Shown here one piece after another: positions 27,995-39,065 of a stretch of 64,000 nucleotides of DNA. The first letter of the stretch is position 1, and each line of letters begins with the position of its first letter. The position numbers and the translations under genes were made by a program. The notes under the pieces are model-generated. The model was given only the letters and a program-made list of their open reading frames with translations, did no database searches and was not told the origin of the DNA. Origin of the DNA: Candidatus Melainabacteria bacterium 17Bon1m (GTDB lineage Bacteria; Cyanobacteriota; Vampirovibrionia; Obscuribacterales; Obscuribacteraceae); NCBI GenBank assembly GCA_032128875.1, contig JAVLKG010000005.1, positions 128,001-192,000 of the forward strand, written 5' to 3'.

Positions 27995-28441
27995 TTAGAC
28001 GGCAACCTTCTCGATTTGAGTCGATAGAATCGAAAGTTGATGGACAACAGTCTCCTCGAAGTCTTCGTCGTCTTCTTGGTCTTCTTCATCGTCGTCTTCT
28101 TCTTCAGGATCAAGCACGAGCGGCTCAGCGAACATCCCAGGTTGGATCACGCCAAAGACGTCTTTGACCGAGATTTCAGGATGTTCATCTGCATACATTA
28201 CTGCGGCATACAAACGTCCTTCATATAAGACGCTCCACTGATCTTGATTTTCATTGTCTATAAGTTCGCGTCTTACATTATTTGCAAAACCAACTTCAAC
28301 AACTTCCAGGGAGCTGGTCGGTTCGCTTTCGTCGTCACCAATATCTTCGGCAAGGACTACATAGATGCCTTGTGTTTCCTCTACTTCTTCGGGACGCGTA
28401 AACGGTCCATCGAAGGAATATTTTCCAATCACTACAGCCAT
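27995..28441 (-). CDS. Hypothetical acidic protein
   Basis: RBS AAGGAG; GIY motif; D/E-rich tail. Confidence 0.7.
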   Translation of the reverse strand: MAVVIGKYSFDGPFTRPEEVEETQGIYVVLAEDIGDDESEPTSSLEVVEVGFANNVRRELIDNENQDQWSVLYEGRLYAAVMYADEHPEISVKDVFGVIQPGMFAEPLVLDPEEEDDDEEDQEDDEDFEETVVHQLSILSTQIEKVAV

Positions 28442-29148
28442 TTTTGATTCTCCTTCTTATATGCTGAACACTTTGGATCTCTCTTGTTCAGCGTGTTTTT
28501 GTAGAAACGGTTTTTTGTCGTGATTGCATTTTGTTTGCGTTCATTGTTGACTGCGCTTACTAAGGCGAGGTTAAGAAGAGAGCCAGATCCGGCGATCTCG
28601 AATATAAATGTTTTTGCTCGAAGTCAAGGCGTGGCGCGGTTTTATGTCGCGTTCGATATTGATCGCCTATACCCTTAACCGGTTGTTAACCGTTAGTCGG
28701 GTAAACCACATGTGATACCGTAAGTGGTGGCATCTCTTTTCGTAACGGATTCGCAATGTGGCAGATCACATCCCGTAACAAATTAGCGGTTCAAATACAG
28801 TGTTCCAAAAGCCGCGCCACCATAGCGCGAGCGGTCGCTTTCGAGTTCTAACTCGAATTGCCAACAGAGTCACCGTTTTGCATCGTGTGACTGCAGCCCG
28901 CATGGGAGTCCTTCGCGCGAACATCCCATTAGAACCAGTTCATAGCTTCTTTTTGTACTCATGAGCTCTGTACTTGTGCCCTTGAAAAAGGGTTGGCTGA
29001 AAATATCTTTCAATCTTCTCCAGAATCTCTGTAGCCACACAAAACCCGTTCGCAGCAATACCAGCAACATGCTTTCTTCATCGCCTCAAGCGATGGTGAA
29101 GGCTCGTGGGTGTGGAGAATCTGGAGTGTCATCAAAAATGGAATCGAT

Positions 29149-30588
29149 ATGCAACAGATCAAAGTGCAAAATACGCTCACAGGCAGAAAAGAAGTCTTCG
29201 TGCCGCAAAACGGCAACAAGGTTTCTCTCTATGCCTGCGGACCGACTGTATACGATTCCAGCCACCTCGGTCATGCTCGCATGGCCATTGTCTGGGACGT
29301 AGTACAGCGTTATCTGCGCTTCGCCGGATACGACGTCACGTTCGTGCGCAACATCACGGATGTCGACGACAAAATCATCAACAAGGCAAACGCGCTCGGT
29401 GTGCGCCCGGAGCAAGTCGCTCGCCATTATCTCTTCGAGTTCTGGCGCGACATGCAGGCGCTCAACGTGGCACCACCTGATGTGGAGCCGCGCGCCACCG
29501 AGTTTCTCCAGCAAATGATCGAGTTCATTCAGGGCCTGATTGCGAAGGGGCATGCTTACGCTGTCGAGGGCGACGTGTACTTCGATGAAGCGTCGTTCGA
29601 GTCTTACGGGCGCCTGGCGAAAAAGCAGCTCGATGAGCTGCGTTCCGGGCACCGTGATCAAGTTCGTTCGCAAGACGAACTGGCGAAACGCAAGCGCAAC
29701 CCCGCCGACTTCGCGCTCTGGAAGGGCGTCAAATCAGGCGAAACCGGCTGGACCAGCCCCTGGGGTATGGGTCGTCCTGGTTGGCACATCGAGTGCTCCA
29801 CGATGATCAAAGCGGTGCTCGGTGAAACGATCGACATTCACGCGGGCGGCGAAGACCTGGTCTTCCCGCATCACGAGAACGAGATCGCGCAATCCGAAGC
29901 GCTGCACGACAAGCCTCTGGCGCGCTACTGGCTGCACAACAGCTTTGTCAACGTCAACAAGGAGAAGATGGCCAAGTCGCTCGGCAATTTCAAGACCATC
30001 GCCGAGATGCTCGCTGTTTACTCCGGCGACACCATTCGCCTGATGATGCTGCAAACGCATTACCGCAAGCCCATCGACTTCAGTGCAGACGCGCTCAACA
30101 GCGCTTCTCTGGCTCTGCTACGCCTGGTGCGAGCGGCTGCGTTCTCCATTCCACCGGTGCACGAGGGTTTCTCGCCCTACCGGTTCAACGAAGCCGACGC
30201 TGCCGTTTTCGCCGACGACGAAGTGCTCGCCGCTTTCCACGACTCATTCGTGGGGGCGATGAACAACGACTTCAACGCTGCCGAAGCGGTCGCTCACCTG
30301 TTCGCTCTGTCGGACAAAATCATGGCATCGAATGACGTGATTCGGCGTGCGATGTGGTCCGACGCTCTGCGCGAATACGCCGGGCTTCTCGGATTCACTC
30401 TCGCCGACACGCGTCAGGTTCTCGATGCGCAAACCGCCTCCCGCGTCATGGATGCAGTCGTTGCCATCCGTCAAGACGCGCGCGGCAGGAAGGACTTCGC
30501 TCTGTCCGACCTGATTCGCGACAAGCTGGCTTCCGCCGGCGTCAACGTCAACGACACGAAGAGCGGTGCCACCTGGGAGAAGAAATAG
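29149..30588 (+). CDS. cysS: Cysteine--tRNA ligase
   Basis: CGPTVY, HLGH, DFALWK, GRPGWHIECS, FPHHENE and KMAKS motifs; start at MQQIKV. Confidence 0.96.
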   Translation: MQQIKVQNTLTGRKEVFVPQNGNKVSLYACGPTVYDSSHLGHARMAIVWDVVQRYLRFAGYDVTFVRNITDVDDKIINKANALGVRPEQVARHYLFEFWRDMQALNVAPPDVEPRATEFLQQMIEFIQGLIAKGHAYAVEGDVYFDEASFESYGRLAKKQLDELRSGHRDQVRSQDELAKRKRNPADFALWKGVKSGETGWTSPWGMGRPGWHIECSTMIKAVLGETIDIHAGGEDLVFPHHENEIAQSEALHDKPLARYWLHNSFVNVNKEKMAKSLGNFKTIAEMLAVYSGDTIRLMMLQTHYRKPIDFSADALNSASLALLRLVRAAAFSIPPVHEGFSPYRFNEADAAVFADDEVLAAFHDSFVGAMNNDFNAAEAVAHLFALSDKIMASNDVIRRAMWSDALREYAGLLGFTLADTRQVLDAQTASRVMDAVVAIRQDARGRKDFALSDLIRDKLASAGVNVNDTKSGATWEKK

Positions 30589-30733
30589 CTCTCGGCACTG
30601 CACGCAGACCCCAAACCAAAGGAGGTCACCATGACGCGATTATAAGTAGAGGAATGTCTTTGAAAACGCCGGCAGTGTCTTGTTTTGCCAGCGTTCGATA
30701 AGCCGTCCTCTGCCCAACAATGGAGGACTACAC

Positions 30734-31453
30734 ATGATCAATCGCAAGCGGCATACGCCGTTCAGCAAGCGCTCCAGCAAGGCGCGCAAGCTCGCTTACA
30801 TCCGTACCAAGAACAACATCCGTCGCGCCGCGTCCGTTCTCGGTGGGCTCTTCTACACCCACGATTACGTGCACGGTCAGAACGGTTGGGTCGACATCTA
30901 CTTCCTCGGCAAGGAGAAGGGCGTTTTCTACAACGTCACCCTCCAGACCGCTCGCTACGAGTACAAGGAAGAGGTGAGCCACGCCGCCTGGGAAGCCGCT
31001 GACGCTCTCGTCCCTCATCGCTTCAACCTCTTCGAGGACGCGAAGAAGGACCCCGTCACCGGTCACTGGGTGTCCAATCCCAAGCCCGAAGGCGCGCTCG
31101 ACGCGTTCGGCGGCAAGACCCGCTGGGACTGGATCCACGATAAGGAGAAGGAAATCGCCGATGCGCGCACCCACAAGGTGCACGCGCGTGTGGAGCTCGA
31201 CCGTGACTACGCTCACGGCATCGGTCTCCACGCCACCATCGACGTGCCCTTCCTCACCGTGGACGCCATCAACGCCTTCATCCGCGATTTCCTCGCCCGC
31301 GGCGAAAAGCCCTGGCGCGACGAGAATGCGCTCAGCTTCAACAACGAGGAAGTCGGCTACTGGGGTCTCGAGAGCAACGCTCTCGTCGAGCCCTGGGACG
31401 TTGCCGATGCCCTCGCCAAGGCGGCTGAGGACGGCGAAAAGGCTGGTGAGTGA
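30734..31453 (+). CDS. Hypothetical protein
   Basis: RBS GGAGG; strong codon bias; basic N-terminus. Confidence 0.8.
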   Translation: MINRKRHTPFSKRSSKARKLAYIRTKNNIRRAASVLGGLFYTHDYVHGQNGWVDIYFLGKEKGVFYNVTLQTARYEYKEEVSHAAWEAADALVPHRFNLFEDAKKDPVTGHWVSNPKPEGALDAFGGKTRWDWIHDKEKEIADARTHKVHARVELDRDYAHGIGLHATIDVPFLTVDAINAFIRDFLARGEKPWRDENALSFNNEEVGYWGLESNALVEPWDVADALAKAAEDGEKAGE

Positions 31454-31688
31454 GCATTGCCGGATTAGCTGGAAGCAGATCTATAGCATTCACTAGTCCG
31501 GCAAAGACCGCAAGGTCACTGTGAAAACGTCGGGAGCGGCTCGTGCACTTGATTGTGCTTGGGTTGTCTCTCGGCGTTTTCCTTTCGGTCATCATGCTAT
31601 TGTATGACGTAGTAGCAATGTCGGAAAAACAAGAAAGCGACTGCATTTTAGAAAGACAGCCGCTTCTTGTCCAGTCAGAGAGACTGTT

Positions 31689-32294
31689 TTACTTCGAGCG
31701 CTTCAACAGCCGAACGAAGTAATTGAGGTGCGGAAAGCGAATCCGCGAGACCATGAGGAACGCTGCCACCACGGTGCAGACCAGGATGGCATACGCGACC
31801 ACGGGCAAGGCGAACAGTCCGAGCGCGAAGACACCGAGGGCGACCACGGTTGCTGCGCCTGTCGAGGGCAGACCGCTGAACCACAGGTGCGCGTCTTCGG
31901 AATGGTCTCCCGTCTCGACGTTGAACCGCGCCAGTCGATAGACCGCGCAGCCGACATAAATGACGCCTGCGACCCAGAGCAAGGGCGTCAGAACGGCACC
32001 GGATAGCAACTGGAAGAGCACCACTGGTGGTGCTAATCCAAAGCTGATCGCATCGCACAGCGAGTCGAGGTTGGCGCCCAGATCGCTGGTGACTCCGATG
32101 GTGCGCGCAACCCGTCCATCGAAGGCGTCAAAGACCATGGCCAGGAAAATCAAGCCAGCGCTGACGTTGAGCAGATAGGGTTGGCTGCTGCTCAGAATCG
32201 CGCAGATGATTGCCGAGAAGCCACAGACGGCATTGCCCAGCGTGAACATGTTCGGAATACTGCGTTTGACCTTGGCGCGTTTTTGTCCAGGCAT
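31689..32294 (-). CDS. pssA: CDP-diacylglycerol--serine O-phosphatidyltransferase
   Basis: IPNMFTLGN; FDAFDGRVAR...G..LDSLCDAISFG.AP; RLARFN; FSGLP. Confidence 0.88.
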   Translation of the reverse strand: MPGQKRAKVKRSIPNMFTLGNAVCGFSAIICAILSSSQPYLLNVSAGLIFLAMVFDAFDGRVARTIGVTSDLGANLDSLCDAISFGLAPPVVLFQLLSGAVLTPLLWVAGVIYVGCAVYRLARFNVETGDHSEDAHLWFSGLPSTGAATVVALGVFALGLFALPVVAYAILVCTVVAAFLMVSRIRFPHLNYFVRLLKRSK

Positions 32295-32375
32295 ATTGCA
32301 TTCTCCTAGTAGCGAACGAGCGAAGGCAGGTGTTTCGCCTGCCTCCGCTGTTCTGTTCATCCTATGCGGATGACG

Positions 32376-35126
32376 TTATTTGCCTTCCGGCTGCTTCTCG
32401 GCAGCGTCCTTCTCTTCGGTCAGCTTCTTTTCGAAGCGGGCGAAGATGAAGGCGGCGCCGATAGAGACGATGCCGGCCACGATGAAGATGATCACGCGCA
32501 CGTACTGCTCGGCACCGCGGAGATCCCACAGGACAACCTTGCCGAGCATTAGAGCAAACACTGCGTGTGCGCTGTAGCGGAACACCTTATCGTTGAGTTT
32601 GACACCGATCGTGAGCAGCACGATCGCTTCGATGGACCAGGCGATGGCCATCCACTGCCAGGCGAGCAAGTTGTAGCACGCCAGGGTCGTGAGCACCGTT
32701 CCGGCAACAGCTGAAACTTGTTTCACCACTTCGACCTCGCGGTCGCCGAGTGAAATCGCATCCAGAAGACCTTGCGGCCGCGCTGCGTTTGTCGCAGGCA
32801 ACATGCGGTACACGAAGGTCAGGGCGTAGAGCCCTGCCACTACCGGCAGTGTAGCCGTCCACGTCCAGGCGTTCAAGCTGAAAAGAAGCGCTGCCCCTGC
32901 ACCCATCACACCAAGCGAGCCGAGCTGCCGGATGACGCCGTCCTTGAGGAAGAACCCGGCTGCAACGACAAGCGCACTCTCCAGCGTCAGCCAAAGAGCC
33001 AGGTGGGAAGCGTTGCCGACGTGAAGCGCAGTGAGCGCCCACATGATACCAACCGCCGCCACGCTGTACGCGTGATGGAAATTGATATTCAACACCTGAC
33101 CTTCGGTGCTGCTCGTGCTGCGCCATTTGTAGAGCGCGCTGGCAGCAAAGAAGACGGCAGCGTTCGCGAGGGTGGCGAAAGTACCGAGAGCTGCCACCGA
33201 CTCGTGGTTGATGAGTAACGCCGCACCGCTTGATGCCAGCATGGCGCCGGCAATCAGCTCGCCGATGCGGTCACGGAAGACATAGGCGTGCGCGAGGAAT
33301 GCCGCGCCTGCCAGTGCCCACCAGAGACCTTGCATCGAAGCTGTTGCAAGCGTGAGCGGCATCCACCAGGCGACGACGGCTGCCGCACCCAGGTAGAAGT
33401 AACGCCCGACTTCCTTTTCAACCGGATGCTGCGCACCTTCGAACGCCTTGACGCGGTAAGCGATTTCACTCACCACAAAGGCGACGATGGCGGTCAGACC
33501 GCTGACGACCTGGAAAGTGAGACCGAGCATGTCGCCGGTGAAGAGCCGACCTGCCGACAGAATCGTCACAGCCACGGCGAAGCCGCGGAATTCGATCATG
33601 CGCAAGCGCAGACCGGCAATGACCAGAACCGGGACTTCCAGCAGCCAGACCGCCGTGACGGCATTCGGACTCAGCCAGAGCGGAACCGCTGCGGTGGCGG
33701 TGCTAAGCGCAATCAGCGTGGAGAGCGTGCCCGTGAAAGGCAAGTTCTTTCCGCGTGCCATGTAAGCGAAAGTGCCGTATGCGGCGCCGACGAAGAGCAA
33801 GAAGAGATAGCGGTATTCGGCGAATTCCGTGCCCATCGCCAGAAGGTTCAGAGCGATGAAAGCGCCGGCATTGAGCATCGACGCAGGCACCGTGAAGCGC
33901 CGCGTCGCGTCGTTCTCTTCCGGCTCACGCACCAAGAAGTGAACGAGGCTGTAGACCAGCCAGTGCGCAGCCAGGAACGCACCTGAGAGCAGAAGCCCTT
34001 GTACGCCGGTCACGCTGCCCGTGATTTGCGGCTGCGTGAAAAGCACGAACGTGACGTACGAACCAATCACGCTGCCCAGGTAGACCATGAACCAGCGCAT
34101 GCGCACGATTACGACCGCCAGTCCCACCGCCATCAATGCCGAAGCCACGACCGTGAAGGCGGTGACAGGCGACAGAGAGAGTGTGACGAATGCGAGTAGC
34201 GCGGAGAGCAGTGCGACTGTTTCCGAGCGCCGGTATAGCGAATGCAGCATGCAACCGGTCGCCATGGCGAGGAGCAGGCACGAGTCGAGGACTAGATTGT
34301 CGATTAGTTTCACCGCGGCGATGTTTTGCATCGCATAGATGGTGAAGTAACCGACAGCGTAGCCGCCCGCCACGAGCGCCAAGCCGAACGGCTTGAAGCT
34401 CATGCGCCGGTAAGCGTATTCGCCCGCGCCCACGAGTGCGGCTGCACCGGCGAACCAGGAGAGGATCTTGACCAGCGGACCGACATGCTCGTAAGCAAGC
34501 ATCAGTCCGTAGCCCAGACCGACCACCAGCAAGCAGACACCTGTCCAGAGGTACCAGTAGCGGCCGATGGATTGTTCGAGGTCGGATTTGACCCGGGGGC
34601 CTTTTGGTAGGGTGGTTGGAGTGCCACCATTCGTAGTTTCGCCTGCCTCGTTCGCATTTTCAGCTTTGCCGCTGAAGAGTTTGTGCAGCACGATCCCGGC
34701 GACGACTGCCAGTCCGGCACCCAGCAGGAACGATTCGCTGAGCCACCAGACGATCGCTGCGATCACAAAGGCAGGCCAGATTGGTGCACCCGGCTCTCCA
34801 TGCTTCCGTGCCTGCGGACGGTTTGCCTCTTGAGCCTGCCCGTTGCCGTTCGCGGACGGTGCTGCTGTCGGAGGCGGAGTGGCAGGGGGTTGAACTTCAT
34901 TCTGTGTGACCACGGGCGCGCCGCTGGTCGTTGGGGTAACGGGAGCCGGGGCTGCGGCGCCTGTTTCACCCGATTGAACTGCTTGCGATTGAGCGGCGGC
35001 TTGAGCCACTGCCGGACGACCGGCTTTCAGCTCTTCGACCGCCTGCTCTAGTGCCTTGAGGCGCTCATCGTAGCGCTTAAGGTAATCTGGGACTTCGTCA
35101 CTGACGCGAGGAGAAGAATCTTCCAC
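32376..35126 (-). CDS. DUF2339-like multi-pass membrane protein
   Basis: RLKALE coil; Pro/Ala linker; LEQSIG..W; more than 20 TM segments; terminal KVVLWDL..RVIIF. Confidence 0.8.
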   Translation of the reverse strand: MEDSSPRVSDEVPDYLKRYDERLKALEQAVEELKAGRPAVAQAAAQSQAVQSGETGAAAPAPVTPTTSGAPVVTQNEVQPPATPPPTAAPSANGNGQAQEANRPQARKHGEPGAPIWPAFVIAAIVWWLSESFLLGAGLAVVAGIVLHKLFSGKAENANEAGETTNGGTPTTLPKGPRVKSDLEQSIGRYWYLWTGVCLLVVGLGYGLMLAYEHVGPLVKILSWFAGAAALVGAGEYAYRRMSFKPFGLALVAGGYAVGYFTIYAMQNIAAVKLIDNLVLDSCLLLAMATGCMLHSLYRRSETVALLSALLAFVTLSLSPVTAFTVVASALMAVGLAVVIVRMRWFMVYLGSVIGSYVTFVLFTQPQITGSVTGVQGLLLSGAFLAAHWLVYSLVHFLVREPEENDATRRFTVPASMLNAGAFIALNLLAMGTEFAEYRYLFLLFVGAAYGTFAYMARGKNLPFTGTLSTLIALSTATAAVPLWLSPNAVTAVWLLEVPVLVIAGLRLRMIEFRGFAVAVTILSAGRLFTGDMLGLTFQVVSGLTAIVAFVVSEIAYRVKAFEGAQHPVEKEVGRYFYLGAAAVVAWWMPLTLATASMQGLWWALAGAAFLAHAYVFRDRIGELIAGAMLASSGAALLINHESVAALGTFATLANAAVFFAASALYKWRSTSSTEGQVLNINFHHAYSVAAVGIMWALTALHVGNASHLALWLTLESALVVAAGFFLKDGVIRQLGSLGVMGAGAALLFSLNAWTWTATLPVVAGLYALTFVYRMLPATNAARPQGLLDAISLGDREVEVVKQVSAVAGTVLTTLACYNLLAWQWMAIAWSIEAIVLLTIGVKLNDKVFRYSAHAVFALMLGKVVLWDLRGAEQYVRVIIFIVAGIVSIGAAFIFARFEKKLTEEKDAAEKQPEGK

Positions 35127-35682
35127 GGTCTGACCTCCAAATAGGGACTTATTGAGATTGCCGTTTAAACTCGCAACGGCGCGAAACTTCCAGACCGGAC
35201 TTATACGGCGAGGAAACGATCCTCGATGCCGGTGTTCTCAGAGGCGTGCGTAAACGCGCGTGAGATTTGGTTTTGGGTTTTCCTCTGGGAAGTTAGAACG
35301 AACAGGTAACGGAACTTTGATGTTCCGAGATACGCCCTGGCAATAGCAGCGCTTGTAACGAGCGCCTTGATGAAACAGTTAGAGGACTTCCTCAGCCTTT
35401 CCTTTCAGATTCTTTTTGGACTGAACGGCTGAAATATGCTTGTCGGCGAAGGTTCTGCGGATTATTTTGGGGTACCAAAGCCGCATTTTGCCAAGAGGTC
35501 CGGTAAACCACCTACTTACGGAAATCTCAGTCACAGAGAGTTGTGCGAGGTTCGCATACCTCGCGCAAAAGTGGTCGCACGACGCAGAAAGACGATTTAG
35601 CCATTCGGAACGTCGCTCTAACAGCAGGTGAAACAACATCGGCTCGCTTGTGAGCACTGTTTCAAAAACTGTAAGAGCTGTT

Positions 35683-38349
35683 TCAGAAACTGCTTTCTAC
35701 CTTCTCTTTGTATTTGAGCGCTTCTTCGCGTTTTCCTAAACGCTCAGCACATTCAGCCAACCGTGAGTATAAATATTTTTCTGTCTGCGGCTGAATTCCT
35801 ACTATTACTCCGATTGCCACGGAATTTGCCTTGTTCAGAGCCTCTTCGGATTTCTTCAAGACTTCATAGGCTTTGTCAAATTGCGAGCGGCGCATGAGAA
35901 TTTCACCCATGTTATTAAGCATGCTCACTTTCGAGTAGTTGTCGACGCTGCGCATCGCGCTGGTTACTTGAATTGCTTTTGCATAGCTCTTTTCCGCATC
36001 GACAAGTCTTCGATTATTCGCCTGGAAGTCGCCCAGCGTTATTGCCATGGTACCGGCGAAAGCGTTGTGCTCAGTACGTTCCCAAATTGCAATCGCGCGC
36101 CTGGCAAGATTCTTTATCACTTTTGCATTGGCATCTGTGTATGGAATCTGCATCAAAAGCCGAGCTTTCCAGTAGAGTGCTACCGTCAAGTCTTTGTCTC
36201 TTTTCGGCATTACTCTTTCTTGTTGATCGAGCTGTTTGTTGAGAATTTCAAGCGCCGGTTCAATTTGACCGTTCTCCAGCAAAATTTCCGCATGCGTAAG
36301 CGCGCAGCGCAACGTATTGGAAGGATTTTTCTCTCCAAACTCAAAAGCCTGCTCTGCTCTTGCCAGCGAGCTTGCAGCCTCAGAAGCCCTCTGAATTCGT
36401 ATCTGCGACTCAGCCAGACGCAAGAAAGCTTCGCCTGCTCCAATACCTGAGAGGGCATTTTCATAGCGATATATTTCCAGTGCTTTATTGATCAAAGGAA
36501 TTCCGGATTCCGGATGAGAAGCGACCAAGTAGGCGTATCCCAAGTCCGATAGAAAGCGTGCTTTCGCCAAGGGAGGAATTCCTTCTTCGTTAAGCATGCT
36601 GTAGCACTTGGTCATGTAAATAAATGACTTTTGTGGATCCGTATCGATGTACATCGCCACCAGATTGAGAAGCGTACGCGGTATGACCGGGTCGTTGTCC
36701 GGCAGGAAATCTGTTGTCTTGTCATAAACCGCTTGCAACAAGTCGCTTGCTTCTAAGAGGTGACCTTCGAAAATCAGAATGTCTACAGCATCATTAGCGC
36801 TGTTCAAAATAAACGCTGCTTGCCGTTTGGCGTTTTCCTCTTGTGCGGGATCTTTCGAGTGTTGAAGCAGTTTCACTGATTGCAGAAGCTCGGCAATCGT
36901 GACTGCTAGTTTGCCTCTCTTTGTGTCCTTTTCCAGATCTCGAATTTTGTCTTTGAGCAGTTTTTTCTCTTCTGCGTTCTCGGTGGCGAAGGCAATATCC
37001 AACTTGCCGATGAGTTCTTCACGCTCTCTGACTTCCTTCTGAGTCACCGGCATAATGGACGCAAAATTCAATGCTTCGTCGTAGAATTTCTTTGCTGTTT
37101 CTAAATCTCCGTCATCGAATGCGTGTTGCGCTTTCAAATCAAGTTCTGACCAGTATCGGTCTGTGTGATCAGTAATCAGCTGCGGTCGAAGCGTAAGCGC
37201 TCCCATTGCAATCAAAATAACTGCAACTGAAATTGTGGCAGCGCGAGTATATCTGCCAAAACGTTTTGTATAACCGGCTTTCAGCCGTCGACCAAGTGCA
37301 AGGGTGTTTACGAGAATACCGCTGCGCAAATTCTTTTCCAGTCCGTCGAACTCTTGTTCGAGCCGGTCTGCGTCCTGATAGCGGTCGACTGGATGTTTTG
37401 CTAAACATTTGAAAACCACCTTCTCTATGTCGGCGGCGTTTCGAACGTTTTTCAAACTCGCTGAAAATGGCTTTGCTTGCTCCTCTAGGTGCATGCGAAA
37501 CGTATCGATCATCGATGCACCATCAAAAGGAACATGTCCGTTTAAGCACTCATACATTACGCACCCGAGCGAATATATGTCAGAGCGAGCATCAACTCTT
37601 TCGCCTCGGCACTGCTCAGGGCTCATATAATAGGGGCTTCCGAAGATCGTCCCCGTTAAAGTAAGCCCTTTGCCCGCTTCTTCGTCAGGGCGTGCAAGTC
37701 CGAAATCGACAACTTTGGCGCTGCTTTCGCCCCGCTCGTTTTGCACGATTACGATATTGCTTGATTTGATATCCCGATGAACGATTCCATGTTTATGCGC
37801 ATAAGAAAGGGCTTGTACGACTTGTTTCATCCAAGCAAGAAACTCGTCCAGGCTGAGAGGCCCTTTCTCTTTAAGTATTTCTGCCAGCGATTTTCCCTGA
37901 AGATATTCCATGACGAGAAACGGTTCTTCGTCCTCGGTGGTATTGAATTCGAATATTCGAACAATATTCGGATGGTCGAGAGCGCCGACAGCACGTCCTT
38001 CTCGCTCGAAGCGCAGTCGTTCTTCATCTGAATAATGCGCACCGGAGAGCAGCAGTTTGACTGCTACTTTCCTGTTGAGTGAGATATCGGTTGCGAGGTA
38101 GACAGCGCTTGAGCCCCCGCTTCCGATCCGCGATTCTAGTCGGTAATGACCACCAATTGTGGTGCCCAGCGCGCGACCATGCTGTTTTTCTTTTTTGTTT
38201 GATTGCGGGTTTTCATCAGCGTTTTTCAGAATAATCGTCGTGTCTTCGCTCAAGTGACCCGGAGGATCAGATTCGAAAACTGGTTCACTGGATTTTGATT
38301 TGTCGGACTTTTCGTCAGTCATACGACTCGCCGCCTGCCCCAAAACCAT
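35683..38349 (-). CDS. Ser/Thr protein kinase with a TM helix and C-terminal TPR repeats
   Basis: HRDIKSSN, DFGLA and YMSPEQ motifs; helical repeats; start may be 38322. Confidence 0.92.
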   Translation of the reverse strand: MVLGQAASRMTDEKSDKSKSSEPVFESDPPGHLSEDTTIILKNADENPQSNKKEKQHGRALGTTIGGHYRLESRIGSGGSSAVYLATDISLNRKVAVKLLLSGAHYSDEERLRFEREGRAVGALDHPNIVRIFEFNTTEDEEPFLVMEYLQGKSLAEILKEKGPLSLDEFLAWMKQVVQALSYAHKHGIVHRDIKSSNIVIVQNERGESSAKVVDFGLARPDEEAGKGLTLTGTIFGSPYYMSPEQCRGERVDARSDIYSLGCVMYECLNGHVPFDGASMIDTFRMHLEEQAKPFSASLKNVRNAADIEKVVFKCLAKHPVDRYQDADRLEQEFDGLEKNLRSGILVNTLALGRRLKAGYTKRFGRYTRAATISVAVILIAMGALTLRPQLITDHTDRYWSELDLKAQHAFDDGDLETAKKFYDEALNFASIMPVTQKEVREREELIGKLDIAFATENAEEKKLLKDKIRDLEKDTKRGKLAVTIAELLQSVKLLQHSKDPAQEENAKRQAAFILNSANDAVDILIFEGHLLEASDLLQAVYDKTTDFLPDNDPVIPRTLLNLVAMYIDTDPQKSFIYMTKCYSMLNEEGIPPLAKARFLSDLGYAYLVASHPESGIPLINKALEIYRYENALSGIGAGEAFLRLAESQIRIQRASEAASSLARAEQAFEFGEKNPSNTLRCALTHAEILLENGQIEPALEILNKQLDQQERVMPKRDKDLTVALYWKARLLMQIPYTDANAKVIKNLARRAIAIWERTEHNAFAGTMAITLGDFQANNRRLVDAEKSYAKAIQVTSAMRSVDNYSKVSMLNNMGEILMRRSQFDKAYEVLKKSEEALNKANSVAIGVIVGIQPQTEKYLYSRLAECAERLGKREEALKYKEKVESSF

Positions 38350-38457
38350 CTTAGACCATTGAAAACGCTTTCTCTAGCCGTTCGCGATAAAACTATGGCA
38401 TATAGTGTAGCGCGTGGGAAAATTTGGAAACCGAGAGGTAGATTGTTGGAGAACAAT

Positions 38458-38511
38458 TGAGGCTGGCGCGTAGAGCAAGTTTGCACCTACTCTCACGCGC
38501 CAACGTCTCAA
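38458..38511. repeat. 54-nt structured direct repeat, copy A
   Basis: TGAGGCTGGCGCG-N25-CGCGCCAACGTCTCAA. Confidence 0.85.
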
Positions 38512-38551
38512 TGCGGAAGACTCGATTCAGAAGTCTGGTTCCGGAATCGAC

Positions 38552-38992
38552 TTAATTGCAGGTTCGAGTGACCTTCTGCATAGACCCGCCTGATTCGAGG
38601 TTTTCCATCAGATACTTGAACGCCTCCGGCGTCGAAGGCATGTAGTTCGGCAGTCGCTTGATGATGCCGCACTGCGGAGTAAGAACAAGCGCAAAAGGCA
38701 GAAGCTCTTTCGGAATGCCCCAATCACCAGCAGTGGCGGTTGCGATATTGACATTCGGGTAATCGGCTTGAGCATACAAGAGCTGCTGAATCATGCGTCC
38801 GCATGACGAGCAGCCATTCTGATCAAGAACGAAGACGACCGTTGTTTTGCCTTCTTTGACGACGGATTTTTGAAATTCCGGCGGCGCCTCACTTTCCCAT
38901 TTGGAGAATTCTTCGATCTGGGTTGCGCCAGCGTGCATGGTGGAAAGACCGAGCATGCAGAAGGAGAGCAGAATTGCGATTTTGCTTTTCAC
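38552..38992 (-). CDS. Exported thioredoxin-like protein
   Basis: Signal peptide; CSSC (CxxC) after a beta-strand; LP motif. Confidence 0.65.
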   Translation of the reverse strand: MKSKIAILLSFCMLGLSTMHAGATQIEEFSKWESEAPPEFQKSVVKEGKTTVVFVLDQNGCSSCGRMIQQLLYAQADYPNVNIATATAGDWGIPKELLPFALVLTPQCGIIKRLPNYMPSTPEAFKYLMENLESGGSMQKVTRTCN

Positions 38993-39065
38993 GAATTTTT
39001 CCTTTGGGCATTAGCCCTGTAAGAGTATTTCGACATCTTCGCGCAATGCACAAACTCCCTTCAGC

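Noticed and set aside
28450-29148. T-box leader upstream of cysS
   Set aside because: No GGTGGNACCGCG T-box or antiterminator found; short ORFs here are not credible.
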